A stretch of 61,995 nt of DNA from Eubacteriales bacterium (lineage in GTDB: Bacteria; Bacillota; Clostridia; Oscillospirales; CAG-272): NCBI GenBank assembly GCA_045631445.1, contig JAZQUS010000045.1, positions 1 through 61,995 on the forward strand. The letters run 5' to 3'. The notes beneath the pieces were generated by a model, which saw only the letters and a program-made list of their open reading frames with translations, was not told where the DNA came from and ran no database searches. The position numbers and the translations under genes were made by a program. This document shows, piece by piece, positions 46,493 to 55,747 of this stretch. The stretch's first letter is position 1. Every line of letters starts with the position of its first letter.

Positions 46493-47443
46493 TTATCCTT
46501 TGATTCCACTACTTGACATGCCCTCAATAATCTTATCCTGGGCAATTATATACATTACGAGCACGGGCAACAAGCAAATAACACCGCCTGCCAAAGCAGA
46601 GCCAATCAAGTTGCTTGTTTTGGAATTGTTAATGATATATGCCATACCAACCTGTAAGGTCCACAAATTAGTGTCCTTCGCGCCGTAAAGCATCTGGGGC
46701 CAAATCAAATCGTTCCAGCCACCCATAAATCCGAACAATCCCTGAACGAACAAAACGGTTTTACCAAGTGGCAACACAATTTTATAAAAAATCTTAAAAT
46801 TACTGTATCCATCCATTTTTGCAGATTCTATAAGATCCTTTGGAATTGACTCAAAAAAGGTCTTAATGAGATACATTCCGTAAACACCTCCAAGGCCCGG
46901 AATAATAAGAGCCAAAAGAGATCTATTAAGTCCCATAGAATAAACCATTGACTGATTACCAACGGCAGTTGCGGCGCCAGGAATAATCATGGACGCAATA
47001 ATTCCCGCAAACAAAACGTTGCGATATTTGAAATCAATAAAGGTAAACGCATAAGCCGCCAATGAGGCAACGAACAAATACAAAACTGTTCCACCAATGG
47101 CAGAAAAACAGCTGTTCAAAAACCAAGTTCCGATTTTATAATCCTGAACCGAGTTTACCTGTCCAATACCCTCAGGGAGCTTGCCCAAAAGGAGCATCTC
47201 ATAGTTTTCCAAGGTATATCCACTATGAGGATAGAACAATTCCTTCGGATAAAGCATCGTATCTGAATATCCTCTGAGCGAGCCAAAGAACATAATAACG
47301 AATGGAGATAACCAAACTATGCAGAATATAAGCAAAACCGCAAAGGATACTACCTTGCCAATATTAAATTTCCCTTTTTCTCTAAAGTCCTTCTTCTTAA
47401 GAAAGCCAATGTATTGTTCTGAAGTTATCTGATTTCGTGCCAT
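46493..47443 (-). CDS. Carbohydrate ABC transporter permease (MalG-like)
   Basis: FFESIPKDLIESAKMDG EAA loop; six TM segments. Confidence 0.93.
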   Translation of the reverse strand: MARNQITSEQYIGFLKKKDFREKGKFNIGKVVSFAVLLIFCIVWLSPFVIMFFGSLRGYSDTMLYPKELFYPHSGYTLENYEMLLLGKLPEGIGQVNSVQDYKIGTWFLNSCFSAIGGTVLYLFVASLAAYAFTFIDFKYRNVLFAGIIASMIIPGAATAVGNQSMVYSMGLNRSLLALIIPGLGGVYGMYLIKTFFESIPKDLIESAKMDGYSNFKIFYKIVLPLGKTVLFVQGLFGFMGGWNDLIWPQMLYGAKDTNLWTLQVGMAYIINNSKTSNLIGSALAGGVICLLPVLVMYIIAQDKIIEGMSSSGIKG

Positions 47444-48492
47444 TTGTTATATGCCTCCGAAATTTTTGTTCCTGTTTTCTTTTCACGGGTAAGATACATC
47501 TGAATACCCGAGATAATTCCTGCAAACAAAGCAAACACTAAGCTTGCCGCAGCGCCAAGTCCATATAAACTCGACTTAAACTGCAAATTGTTTGCTACCA
47601 AATCTTGAATAAAATACATAAGCGTTGAGGTCTTACCACCCGCAGGCATACTCGCAATCGCGGCAATGGATGGACCACCGCCCGATAATACGTAGTTCTG
47701 ACCGTAAAGTCCGAGATAGCCAAGGATTGTTGTAAACAAACACAAAACCAGCTGCGGTTTGATACCTGGAATAGTAACGTTCAAAATTTTACGCCATGTG
47801 GAGCAACCGTCAATATCAGCCGCCTCATAAAGATGCTTTGGAACGTTTTGAAGTCCCGCGCTAAGAATTATGAAGTTACCTCCCCAACCTCCCCATAAGC
47901 ACATAAAGAAGATCGGAATCCACGCATAAGCTATTTCAACGGTTTGACCGAACAAATTAAATGAAAACCATGTATCTATAAACCACATAGTTTCTATTCC
48001 AAAGAACTCCGCTAAAACACCGTGCTGCGATTTAGACATAAACAGCAAGGTGAAAATCGTACCTGAAGCGGTAAGCGGAACAATGGATGGCATATAGATC
48101 AATGCTCTAAATAATTTGAAGCCAGGTGGCTTCTGATTAACCAAAATTGCCAAGCCCAAGGGCAATAGAATTGCTATTGGAACCATAATCACTGAAAACG
48201 TTATGGTATGCACGAATGCAAGCCAAAAGCTGTTATAAATACCGGGCATATATGATTTATCAAAAATCATTTTAAACCACATAAACGAGTTAAAGGTTTC
48301 TATGCCCGGCTTTCCATATTGAAAGTTTGTCAGTGAAATATATATTCCATAAAATAACGGTATCACAAAAAACGTTATAAATGCCGCTATATACGGTAAT
48401 AAAAATATAGCAGTTACACCATATTTTTTGAACAATCCTATACGTTTAGACCTTTGCTTAGCATATTCCTCTAAAACGATAGTTTTTGCCAT
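47425..48492 (-). CDS. Carbohydrate ABC transporter permease (MalF-like)
   Basis: AGLQNVPKHLYEAADIDG EAA loop; multiple TMs. Confidence 0.93.
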   Translation of the reverse strand: MAKTIVLEEYAKQRSKRIGLFKKYGVTAIFLLPYIAAFITFFVIPLFYGIYISLTNFQYGKPGIETFNSFMWFKMIFDKSYMPGIYNSFWLAFVHTITFSVIMVPIAILLPLGLAILVNQKPPGFKLFRALIYMPSIVPLTASGTIFTLLFMSKSQHGVLAEFFGIETMWFIDTWFSFNLFGQTVEIAYAWIPIFFMCLWGGWGGNFIILSAGLQNVPKHLYEAADIDGCSTWRKILNVTIPGIKPQLVLCLFTTILGYLGLYGQNYVLSGGGPSIAAIASMPAGGKTSTLMYFIQDLVANNLQFKSSLYGLGAAASLVFALFAGIISGIQMYLTREKKTGTKISEAYNKWHEIR

Positions 48493-48509
48493 AAATATAT
48501 TCCCAAAAA

Positions 48510-50144
48510 TTATTTAATTCCTAATTTTAACAAGTTAATAGCTTCCTGTGTTGACTGAGCTGTTGCCAAAAGAGTTTGCTTTGCCTTTTCAACTGTGCAA
48601 CCGTCAACGGACAAAAGCTGCGCCTGAACGTCACCTACAGCAGTTGTAAGACCTGAAATCAAAGTTGTTGCATATCTTGAGCTTTCAAGTGCAATAATTT
48701 CTGCGGGGTCACCCATTGCTGTCAATGTAATGCTCTTTTCTGCAGTTGCTTTATAAGAATCGGACTCATAAACGTTCTTCCAAGCAGGAACGTGACCTGC
48801 CTTACACCAATCTGTAAGGTTGTAGTTACCGTTGTCATCCTTGCCCTGAGTGAGCCATTCTGCAAAAATCAACGCAGCCGCTGCCTTCTGCATGCTTGTT
48901 ATCTTCTTAGTAACTGTAATAACGTGTCCGTTACCGTACCACTTAGAAGCGGTTTCGGAGGGAGCACTTTCGTCTGCCATATAGTAAGGACGAGCTACCG
49001 CATAAGGATTTGCATATACGGGATCTGCCGCATCCTCTTCAGTAACACCAAGCTTGCCTGCTGTTGAAAGCTGCTTGTTGTTCCACCAAATATCGTATGT
49101 ATTAGCAACCATCCAAGGACCTTCAGAGAACATAACCACCTGTCCTGTGGGGAAAGCCGCTTCCTTGTTACCTGCGTCACCGTACAATCTTGAATTGTAA
49201 CGTTCAACCAAATCAGTAACGTACTTTGTAAGACCTGTATTTTGAGCAAATGTAACGTTGTCATTTGCATCTGCAAGTGTACCTCCGTTTACATACAATG
49301 CGGTCAAGTTGTCACTTTCTTGAGAATGGAAGAAAGCGGGATAGAAATTGTCTACCGTTGCCTGAGCCGCAGCATCCAACTTAGGATTGCCATTTTTCAA
49401 CTGATACCAAGAGTGGTCTTGGTCAAGGTTAATATTTCTTACCCAAAGTTCACCAGAATCTGCCAAAGCTCTAAGGCCTTCAAGCAATGTCTGATATTCC
49501 TCATAGTTTTGAGGAACGAAACGTGTATTACCGTCAAATCCAAGACCATTCTTCTTAATAATGTCCTGTCTAATCTGTGTCAAATATCCGTGTGCATCAA
49601 CGGGAATACCGTAGTGCTTACCATCATAAATAGTTGTTTTTTCAATGTTATCATAAGCATTTGCAAAATCAATGCCAACGCCTGTTTTTTCAATTAACTC
49701 ATCAAGGGGATAGAAATAACCCTTAAGAGCATATTCAATATTCTTTTCGTTGTGCATAAAGCAAACGTCGGGGAAATTACCGTAATCATTTGCATATGTA
49801 CTGTCAAGAGCATTGTAATAATCATAGTGACCAACGCTTGTTACCTTAATTTCGATCATGCCTGCGAATTCTTTGTTAAATTCCTTAACCAAAGCAAGCA
49901 AGGTTTCCTGGTCGGGCTGACCGATAACGCTCCACATATTAAGCTGAACGTTTTCAAGAAGAGTAACGTCAAAATTACCCGCTTCATCTCTTGGAAGGTC
50001 ATCAACGATACTATCCGTGTTAGTAGGATCATTCTTGTTTCCGTTATCTTTGCCACCGCAACCAACCAAAACAAACGCCAATGTAGTGCTCATCAATGCA
50101 AGAATCATCAATAAGCTCAAAAATTTCAATACATTTTTTCTCAT
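48510..50144 (-). CDS. Carbohydrate ABC transporter solute-binding lipoprotein (family 1)
   Basis: Lipobox LVGC; PDV, YPLDELI, YGIPVD, GQVVMFSEGPW, AAALIFAEWLT. Confidence 0.88.
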   Translation of the reverse strand: MRKNVLKFLSLLMILALMSTTLAFVLVGCGGKDNGNKNDPTNTDSIVDDLPRDEAGNFDVTLLENVQLNMWSVIGQPDQETLLALVKEFNKEFAGMIEIKVTSVGHYDYYNALDSTYANDYGNFPDVCFMHNEKNIEYALKGYFYPLDELIEKTGVGIDFANAYDNIEKTTIYDGKHYGIPVDAHGYLTQIRQDIIKKNGLGFDGNTRFVPQNYEEYQTLLEGLRALADSGELWVRNINLDQDHSWYQLKNGNPKLDAAAQATVDNFYPAFFHSQESDNLTALYVNGGTLADANDNVTFAQNTGLTKYVTDLVERYNSRLYGDAGNKEAAFPTGQVVMFSEGPWMVANTYDIWWNNKQLSTAGKLGVTEEDAADPVYANPYAVARPYYMADESAPSETASKWYGNGHVITVTKKITSMQKAAAALIFAEWLTQGKDDNGNYNLTDWCKAGHVPAWKNVYESDSYKATAEKSITLTAMGDPAEIIALESSRYATTLISGLTTAVGDVQAQLLSVDGCTVEKAKQTLLATAQSTQEAINLLKLGIK

Positions 50145-50171
50145 AAGAGTTCCCTTTCTATTTTTAGACAA

Positions 50172-51371
50172 TTAATCTCGTTCACCCTCACCAATATAGT
50201 GAACGTCAACTACAACGTCATTAAAAATCAAATTAACTAAATTCTGCCTTCTTACCGTAAACAACGCAAAGGCATTTACTATTCCGCCAAGAATTACAAC
50301 GGCTAAAATCACCATTGCCAATGATATATTACATTCGGTATTCACAGGCGTGAACATAGCCTCATATCCGCCCTCAAATGGTGGAAAAAGATACAAAACG
50401 AACGAAGCCGGAATAAACCCAATGCATTCTATAAGTGTTTTAACAAACGGAACATACCAAGCATTTGCTTCTCCGTCCATTCTTATCACTCCCAAACCGA
50501 GCAATTTATATCCCAAGGTTTTTTCGTCCTTGAACAAATATTTTGGCAAAAGCAAAACAAGAAAACACGCAATAAAAATTGATACTATCAAAGCAATATT
50601 CGTATATCTTGCCTCGGTGCAATATGCTTCCTTATAATCTCTATAATGAGTTGAGAAATACGGCTCACTCTTAAGAACGAGCATCTCTGCCTCCTCAAGC
50701 ATATTTGCATATGCGTTGTAATAAGAGCGATAATACGTCGCGCCTGTCTGTCCAATGCTATCGGAAGAGTCAATAAACAAATAATGGAACAAATAGTAAG
50801 CAACCTGCGTATTCAAAACAGGAATTTCACTATTTTCCTTGTTAAACGAGAACATAAACGTAGCATCGTCGCCAAATGCCTTTTTGTATATCTCAAACAA
50901 ATCATCGTTCACTTCAACTTCAATACTCGGATTATTTTTCAAATATCGTGTGTAAAAATACGCAATATTATCATTTTCCAAAGAATGAACGCCGTTCTTC
51001 ATTACGTCGTGATTTTCATCAAAGACAAAATCGGACTGTTGATTGTTACCAAAAACCTCATATGAAAGGCAAATAGCCCTATAAATGTTTTTAAGCACAA
51101 CAACATCGCTCGTTACTCTCGCACCGTCAACATATTCCACTATGTGAGTTTCCTTTGTTAACTGCTCGTAATAAGCAATCTCATCATTAACCGTTTCCTT
51201 GGCAGCATTGTATGCCGATGTGTTTTGCGTAATTGGAAACAATACTGCAAAAATAACACCGGCAATCAAAGCCACCAACACGAAGTCTATCACCCAACAA
51301 ACAAATCGTTTACTTAACTTTGCGGGTGACGATTTTCTTAATAGTTCTATGTTGGAGTTAAAAATTCTCAC
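50172..51371 (-). CDS. RDD-family membrane protein with large extracytoplasmic insertion
   Basis: KRFVCWVIDF (RDD N-motif), TLGYKLLGLGVI, RRQNLVNLIFNDVVV C-motif; ~250-aa polar insert. Confidence 0.75.
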   Translation of the reverse strand: MRIFNSNIELLRKSSPAKLSKRFVCWVIDFVLVALIAGVIFAVLFPITQNTSAYNAAKETVNDEIAYYEQLTKETHIVEYVDGARVTSDVVVLKNIYRAICLSYEVFGNNQQSDFVFDENHDVMKNGVHSLENDNIAYFYTRYLKNNPSIEVEVNDDLFEIYKKAFGDDATFMFSFNKENSEIPVLNTQVAYYLFHYLFIDSSDSIGQTGATYYRSYYNAYANMLEEAEMLVLKSEPYFSTHYRDYKEAYCTEARYTNIALIVSIFIACFLVLLLPKYLFKDEKTLGYKLLGLGVIRMDGEANAWYVPFVKTLIECIGFIPASFVLYLFPPFEGGYEAMFTPVNTECNISLAMVILAVVILGGIVNAFALFTVRRQNLVNLIFNDVVVDVHYIGEGERD

Positions 51372-51375
51372 TTAA

Positions 51376-52473
51376 TTAGTCTTCCAAAAATTCTGTGTAT
51401 ACGGGTTCTGCAGGAATCTTTTTAGCAACCTCCGCAGCATCCTGAGTTGCAAGATAGTTGGAGAATGTTGCGTCGCAGCTAAAGTGATAGAATGCAACGT
51501 TACTTGCAACGGGCTGACCGTTTTCATAAAGAACTTCGAGTTCTGAGCTAAGCTGGAAGGATCCCATATAGTTACCGTTTACGTAAACGTGGAAGTTTGC
51601 ACCGTCACGAGCAACACCAAGCTTGAATGTTGTATCAAATGTAACCTTGCTATCACCTGTGTTCCAAGCGTAGTCGTGATGTCTTGCCAAGGAGTTTGTA
51701 ATACCGGCTTCCCAAGCCCAGTGACCACCGGGAGCTACTTCAGCAACACCAAATTCGTTCCAATAGTTATTGTCTTCGCCTCTAACAAAATTGCCATTTT
51801 CATCATAAGAGTCACCAAGACCGATAGATGCATTCAAGAAGAAAGCAACCATTGTTTCAACACCCGCTTCGTTCTTGTTCTGAGCAACGATACCAATCTT
51901 AGGCCATCTGTCATCCCAGTTTACAGAGTGAAGAGTAATGTCTGTTTCAACATACCACTGAGTTGAATAAATATCAGCAATATAGTAGAAGTTTGTAATA
52001 CCGGAGCTTGTTCTAAAGGAACCTGTTCCCGTAGCGTCATCCCATTCGTTTGTGAAATCGTCTTCAGAAGGAATCATAGACATTTCTCTGTCAATAAATA
52101 CCTTTGATACAACAACGTCAAATGTGCAAGACTTTGTGGGGTCAACCTTTGATGTTACTGTGATAGTTGCAGTACCGGAAGCAACCGCTTCTGCTCTTTT
52201 TGCATTAATCTTAACAATTTCAGGGTTGCTTGAAACGTAGTCACAAGCTCTCTGAGCAGCACTCAATGTTGAAGTGCCCTTAATTTCATAAAAATTCGTC
52301 AACAAAATTGATTCACCAATTTTAAGTGTTGTGGATGATTCAGTCGCAGTCAATGACGCAATAGGACTAGCAGGCTCAGTTTCCTGAGGCGTTGTGCCAC
52401 CGCAAGCAGTTACAACGAGACATAACATGCAAGCCATAAGAATCAACGATACCGTAGTTATTATTTTTTTCAT
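51376..52473 (-). CDS. Lipoprotein with Ig-like (Big_2) domain and aromatic-rich beta-sandwich domain
   Basis: Lipobox VTAC; YVSSNPEIVKI...AVASGTATITVTS; C-terminal FKLGVARDG...VYVNG lectin-like pattern; start uncertain. Confidence 0.7.
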   Translation of the reverse strand: MKKIITTVSLILMACMLCLVVTACGGTTPQETEPASPIASLTATESSTTLKIGESILLTNFYEIKGTSTLSAAQRACDYVSSNPEIVKINAKRAEAVASGTATITVTSKVDPTKSCTFDVVVSKVFIDREMSMIPSEDDFTNEWDDATGTGSFRTSSGITNFYYIADIYSTQWYVETDITLHSVNWDDRWPKIGIVAQNKNEAGVETMVAFFLNASIGLGDSYDENGNFVRGEDNNYWNEFGVAEVAPGGHWAWEAGITNSLARHHDYAWNTGDSKVTFDTTFKLGVARDGANFHVYVNGNYMGSFQLSSELEVLYENGQPVASNVAFYHFSCDATFSNYLATQDAAEVAKKIPAEPVYTEFLED

Positions 52474-52714
52474 AATGATTATGTGATAACCAGTTGTACT
52501 TTTGATTATCAATTCTCCTTTTTTTATTATTTTTGACCGTGAGTACAACACAGTATTTGTCGTATACATTTTAACATATAATAAGGAATGAAAAAACCCT
52601 TTCAATTGCTCACTTGGGTGCAAAATGTTCTCATTTTCGCCTCTTTTTCTCTAATTTGTATAATCCGGCTTTTGATTTTTGTGCAGTTTGAACAATTATT
52701 TGATTTTTGACACA

Positions 52715-52743
52715 TTGACAAAGTAAAAAAAATATGATAATAT
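52715..52743 (+). promoter_or_regulatory. Putative sigma-A promoter of the AraC regulator
   Basis: TTGACA(52715-52720)-17bp-TAATAT with upstream TG. Confidence 0.5.
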
Positions 52744-52775
52744 GTAGTCAAGAAAACATGAAAAGGGGGTAAAAT

Positions 52776-53627
52776 ATGTACATCAGTGCTTGGGGAGAAA
52801 AAATCGTAATTGATAACATTCAAACCAATAGTTATCTCGAACCAATTATGGCAGGAATAACCTATCCTAACCCCTCATATCGAATAATGCACAATATTTC
52901 AAAGGAATTTCCTTATGATGCTTACGTTTTCGAATACGTTGTTAAGGGCACGGGGTATATCGAAACCCCAGAGAAAAAATACACCGTAACCGAGGGCGAT
53001 TTTTACTTTTTGAATAAGTTACGTTATCACATCTATTATGCCGATCCCGATGACCCTTACGAAAAAATCTTTATCGTTTTAAAGGGTAAATTTGTGGACT
53101 TTTTGGTTTCAAATCATCTTTTAAATGATAGCGTATATATCAAAAAATGTAATATGCATAACTATATGATGCACGTTATCAACCTGCTAAACCAAGACGA
53201 TCCAATCAATTATGACCGACTTGCGGTGTGCGTTTTGGAAATTTTTCAATTGGCATTTCCTTCCCCTTATCAAACAGTTCCAAGTACAAGCAAAATTCCT
53301 GAAATGATTAGAAATTACATTGACGTGCATATTTATGAAAAAATTACTCTTGAGGACATTAGCAATAGCTTGTACATAAGCAAATCACATATTGAAAGGG
53401 CTTTCAAAAAGGAATACGGCATAACGCCCCTTGTTTATTGTGCAAATCAAAAAGTCGCGCAGGTCGCCTCAATGCTCGTAACCACCGACTATTCTCTTTC
53501 TCAGATTTCGCAATTAATCGGCTTTTCCGACGTAAAATATATGTCAAAAAGCTTTAAAAAAATAACAGGAAAAACCCCTATGCAATACAAACGAGATGAA
53601 CTCGCAAAAAGCAAAATTGTTAAATAA
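52776..53627 (+). CDS. AraC-family transcriptional regulator (cupin sensor + double HTH)
   Basis: YVVKGTGY...GDFYF...H-x-Y cupin; ITLEDIS...SKSHIERAFKKEYG; ISQLIGFSDVKYMSKSFKKITGKTP. Confidence 0.95.
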   Translation: MYISAWGEKIVIDNIQTNSYLEPIMAGITYPNPSYRIMHNISKEFPYDAYVFEYVVKGTGYIETPEKKYTVTEGDFYFLNKLRYHIYYADPDDPYEKIFIVLKGKFVDFLVSNHLLNDSVYIKKCNMHNYMMHVINLLNQDDPINYDRLAVCVLEIFQLAFPSPYQTVPSTSKIPEMIRNYIDVHIYEKITLEDISNSLYISKSHIERAFKKEYGITPLVYCANQKVAQVASMLVTTDYSLSQISQLIGFSDVKYMSKSFKKITGKTPMQYKRDELAKSKIVK

Positions 53628-53692
53628 TGGTTCAATAACCATCTAAAATAAAATGCAAACGCACTCAAACCGTTTGCGGAAAGGTTTAAATT

Positions 53693-55693
53693 ATGAAAAA
53701 AACAACAATTCTCATTCTACTTCTCGTTATGGTTGCCATCGTGATCGCATCTTGCGGAAACAATAATACGCCAAGCAATACAGCCGTCACAACAGAGCCA
53801 CCCATCACAGATCCCTCTGAAATTATGGAAATCAAACTAATCGGAGCGAAAAAAAGTTTTGATTTCACAGAAGATTTCAGCTATGATAATTTAGTAGTAA
53901 CTTTAGTTATGACAGACGGAACTGAACGTATGTTACCCAAAGATGGCTACACAGTTTCTTGCGCAGATTATAACTCTATGAGAGCAGGTACATATAAAGT
54001 GACAGTAAAAATTAACGGTACAAATTTTGCACAATCCTACGATGTAAAAGTAAACCCTGCCAATAAACTCAAAGTTTTAATGATAGGAAACTCATTTGCA
54101 GATGATACCATTAACTATGCTTATGAGATTGCTAAGAGTGTGGGTATTCCCGCAGAAAACATTCTTATAGCAGATATTTATATCGGTGGTTGCTCACTTG
54201 CAACCCACTGGGAAAACGCACAATCAAACAAACCCGCTTATCGCTTCGGTTTAGAAAAAGAAGGTTGGTTTGACGGTAGTTCCTATACTAACTGGACAAT
54301 GGAACAAGCAATTATGTATGCAGATTGGGATTTTATCACCTTCCAACAAAATAGTGGTAATAGCGGTGGTTCCGCTTCCTATTCTTGCTTGCAGAATTTA
54401 ATGGACTACGTTTATGACGTAGCAACCGACGAGGAAAACAACCCCAACGCAAATCCCAACGTTAAATTCGTATGGCATCAAACTTGGGCATATCAGCAAG
54501 GAACAACTGCAGCCGCATTCGCTAAGCACAATTATGATCAAATGACTATGTACAATGACATTATGTCATGTATGAAAGAACACGTTTTGAACAAGAACTT
54601 CGTTGCTATTATTCCTAACGGAACTGCAATTCAAAATGCAAGAACATCAACTATTGGCGACACATTCAGCCGAGACCAACATAACCACTTAAGCTACGGT
54701 GCAGGAAGATATATTGCTTCTATGAACCTTGTAAGCGTACTTACAGGTAGAGATATGTCTACTTTAACTTGGAAGCCCACGGATAGTGGATTCAATTACT
54801 CTTTGACCGAAACCGAAATCAATATTTGCAAAGAAAGCGTTGCCAATGCAATTGCAAATCCATTTGAAATAACAAAATCCAAATATCCCCCTGCCCCCAC
54901 AGACCTTTCTGAAATGTTTGAGGGCGAAGGAACAGAACAAAACCCCTACCTTATTCAAAATGCAGAAGATTTGTGGGCACTTTCCAACTTTACAAAGGGA
55001 AAGAATTTCGAAGATAGAAATACATATTTCAAGCTTACCGCGGATATCGATGTAAGTGCAGAAAATTGGAATCCCATTTGCTCCTCTGCAGAAAGCGGTT
55101 GGGTAAGCGTAAAGAACGGAAACGTAAATAGTTTCAACGGCAACTTTGACGGCAATGGAAAGACCATTACATTTATTGGAAAATATACTGGAGACACTTG
55201 GGCAAAAGGACTTTTCGGATGTATCGGTGGATATGTTCACGATTTGACACTTCGTGGCTCAATCACAACCGAAAAAGGTAAGGTTGGTTCACTTGCGGCT
55301 ATGGCAATAACAGGTGCTAAAATTGAAAACATTACCTCCTATGTTGATATCTCCGCGCAAAATAACCAAGTTGGTGGTATAATAGGATATATCGAGTCAG
55401 ATGGTGTAGTTATCGAAAATTGCCAGAATTACGGAACAATTTCAGCTCGCGAACTAGTTGGCGGCATTCTTGGCGGTGGATATAAGAACACGGTATTTAC
55501 AAATTGCGAAAATCATGGTAATGTAACAGCAACTTCTGCACGTGCAGGTGGTATTACAGGTGAAAAATATGCTTCAATGACTGTTACCAACTGTGTAAAC
55601 ACAGGGACAATTAGCGCTGGCGGAGTTGTAGCAACCTCCAATTCAGGATCCACAAGTAACTATGCAGGTTACCTCTTTGGCGAAGAAAAATAA
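53693..55693 (+). CDS. Lipoprotein: bacterial Ig-like domain + DUF4886-like SGNH hydrolase + GLUG module
   Basis: Lipobox IASC; MIGNSF, IGGCSL, WDFITFQQ, HQTWAY, RDQHNHL; GEGTEQNPYLIQNAEDL and VGGIIG/CxNYG repeats. Confidence 0.8.
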   Translation: MKKTTILILLLVMVAIVIASCGNNNTPSNTAVTTEPPITDPSEIMEIKLIGAKKSFDFTEDFSYDNLVVTLVMTDGTERMLPKDGYTVSCADYNSMRAGTYKVTVKINGTNFAQSYDVKVNPANKLKVLMIGNSFADDTINYAYEIAKSVGIPAENILIADIYIGGCSLATHWENAQSNKPAYRFGLEKEGWFDGSSYTNWTMEQAIMYADWDFITFQQNSGNSGGSASYSCLQNLMDYVYDVATDEENNPNANPNVKFVWHQTWAYQQGTTAAAFAKHNYDQMTMYNDIMSCMKEHVLNKNFVAIIPNGTAIQNARTSTIGDTFSRDQHNHLSYGAGRYIASMNLVSVLTGRDMSTLTWKPTDSGFNYSLTETEINICKESVANAIANPFEITKSKYPPAPTDLSEMFEGEGTEQNPYLIQNAEDLWALSNFTKGKNFEDRNTYFKLTADIDVSAENWNPICSSAESGWVSVKNGNVNSFNGNFDGNGKTITFIGKYTGDTWAKGLFGCIGGYVHDLTLRGSITTEKGKVGSLAAMAITGAKIENITSYVDISAQNNQVGGIIGYIESDGVVIENCQNYGTISARELVGGILGGGYKNTVFTNCENHGNVTATSARAGGITGEKYASMTVTNCVNTGTISAGGVVATSNSGSTSNYAGYLFGEEK

Positions 55694-55700
55694 TCAAATA

Positions 55701-55747
55701 AAAAAAAATCATGGGGCAATTTTAATGATTGCCCCATGATTTTTTTA
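55701..55747. terminator. Bidirectional terminator between the locus and galT
   Basis: AAAAAAAATCATGGGGCAAT...ATTGCCCCATGATTTTTTT. Confidence 0.88.

Noticed and set aside
44438-51371. Alternative genetic code (TGA=Trp), suggested by Mollicutes-like transporter features
   Set aside because: All ORFs are full length under code 11, TGA is used as a stop (e.g. spoIVB, TM2 gene) and prfB is present
52660-52712. TTTGATTTTTG direct repeat as AraC operator
   Set aside because: Low-complexity AT-rich motif with ~29-bp spacing, not the ~21-bp phasing expected; insufficient support
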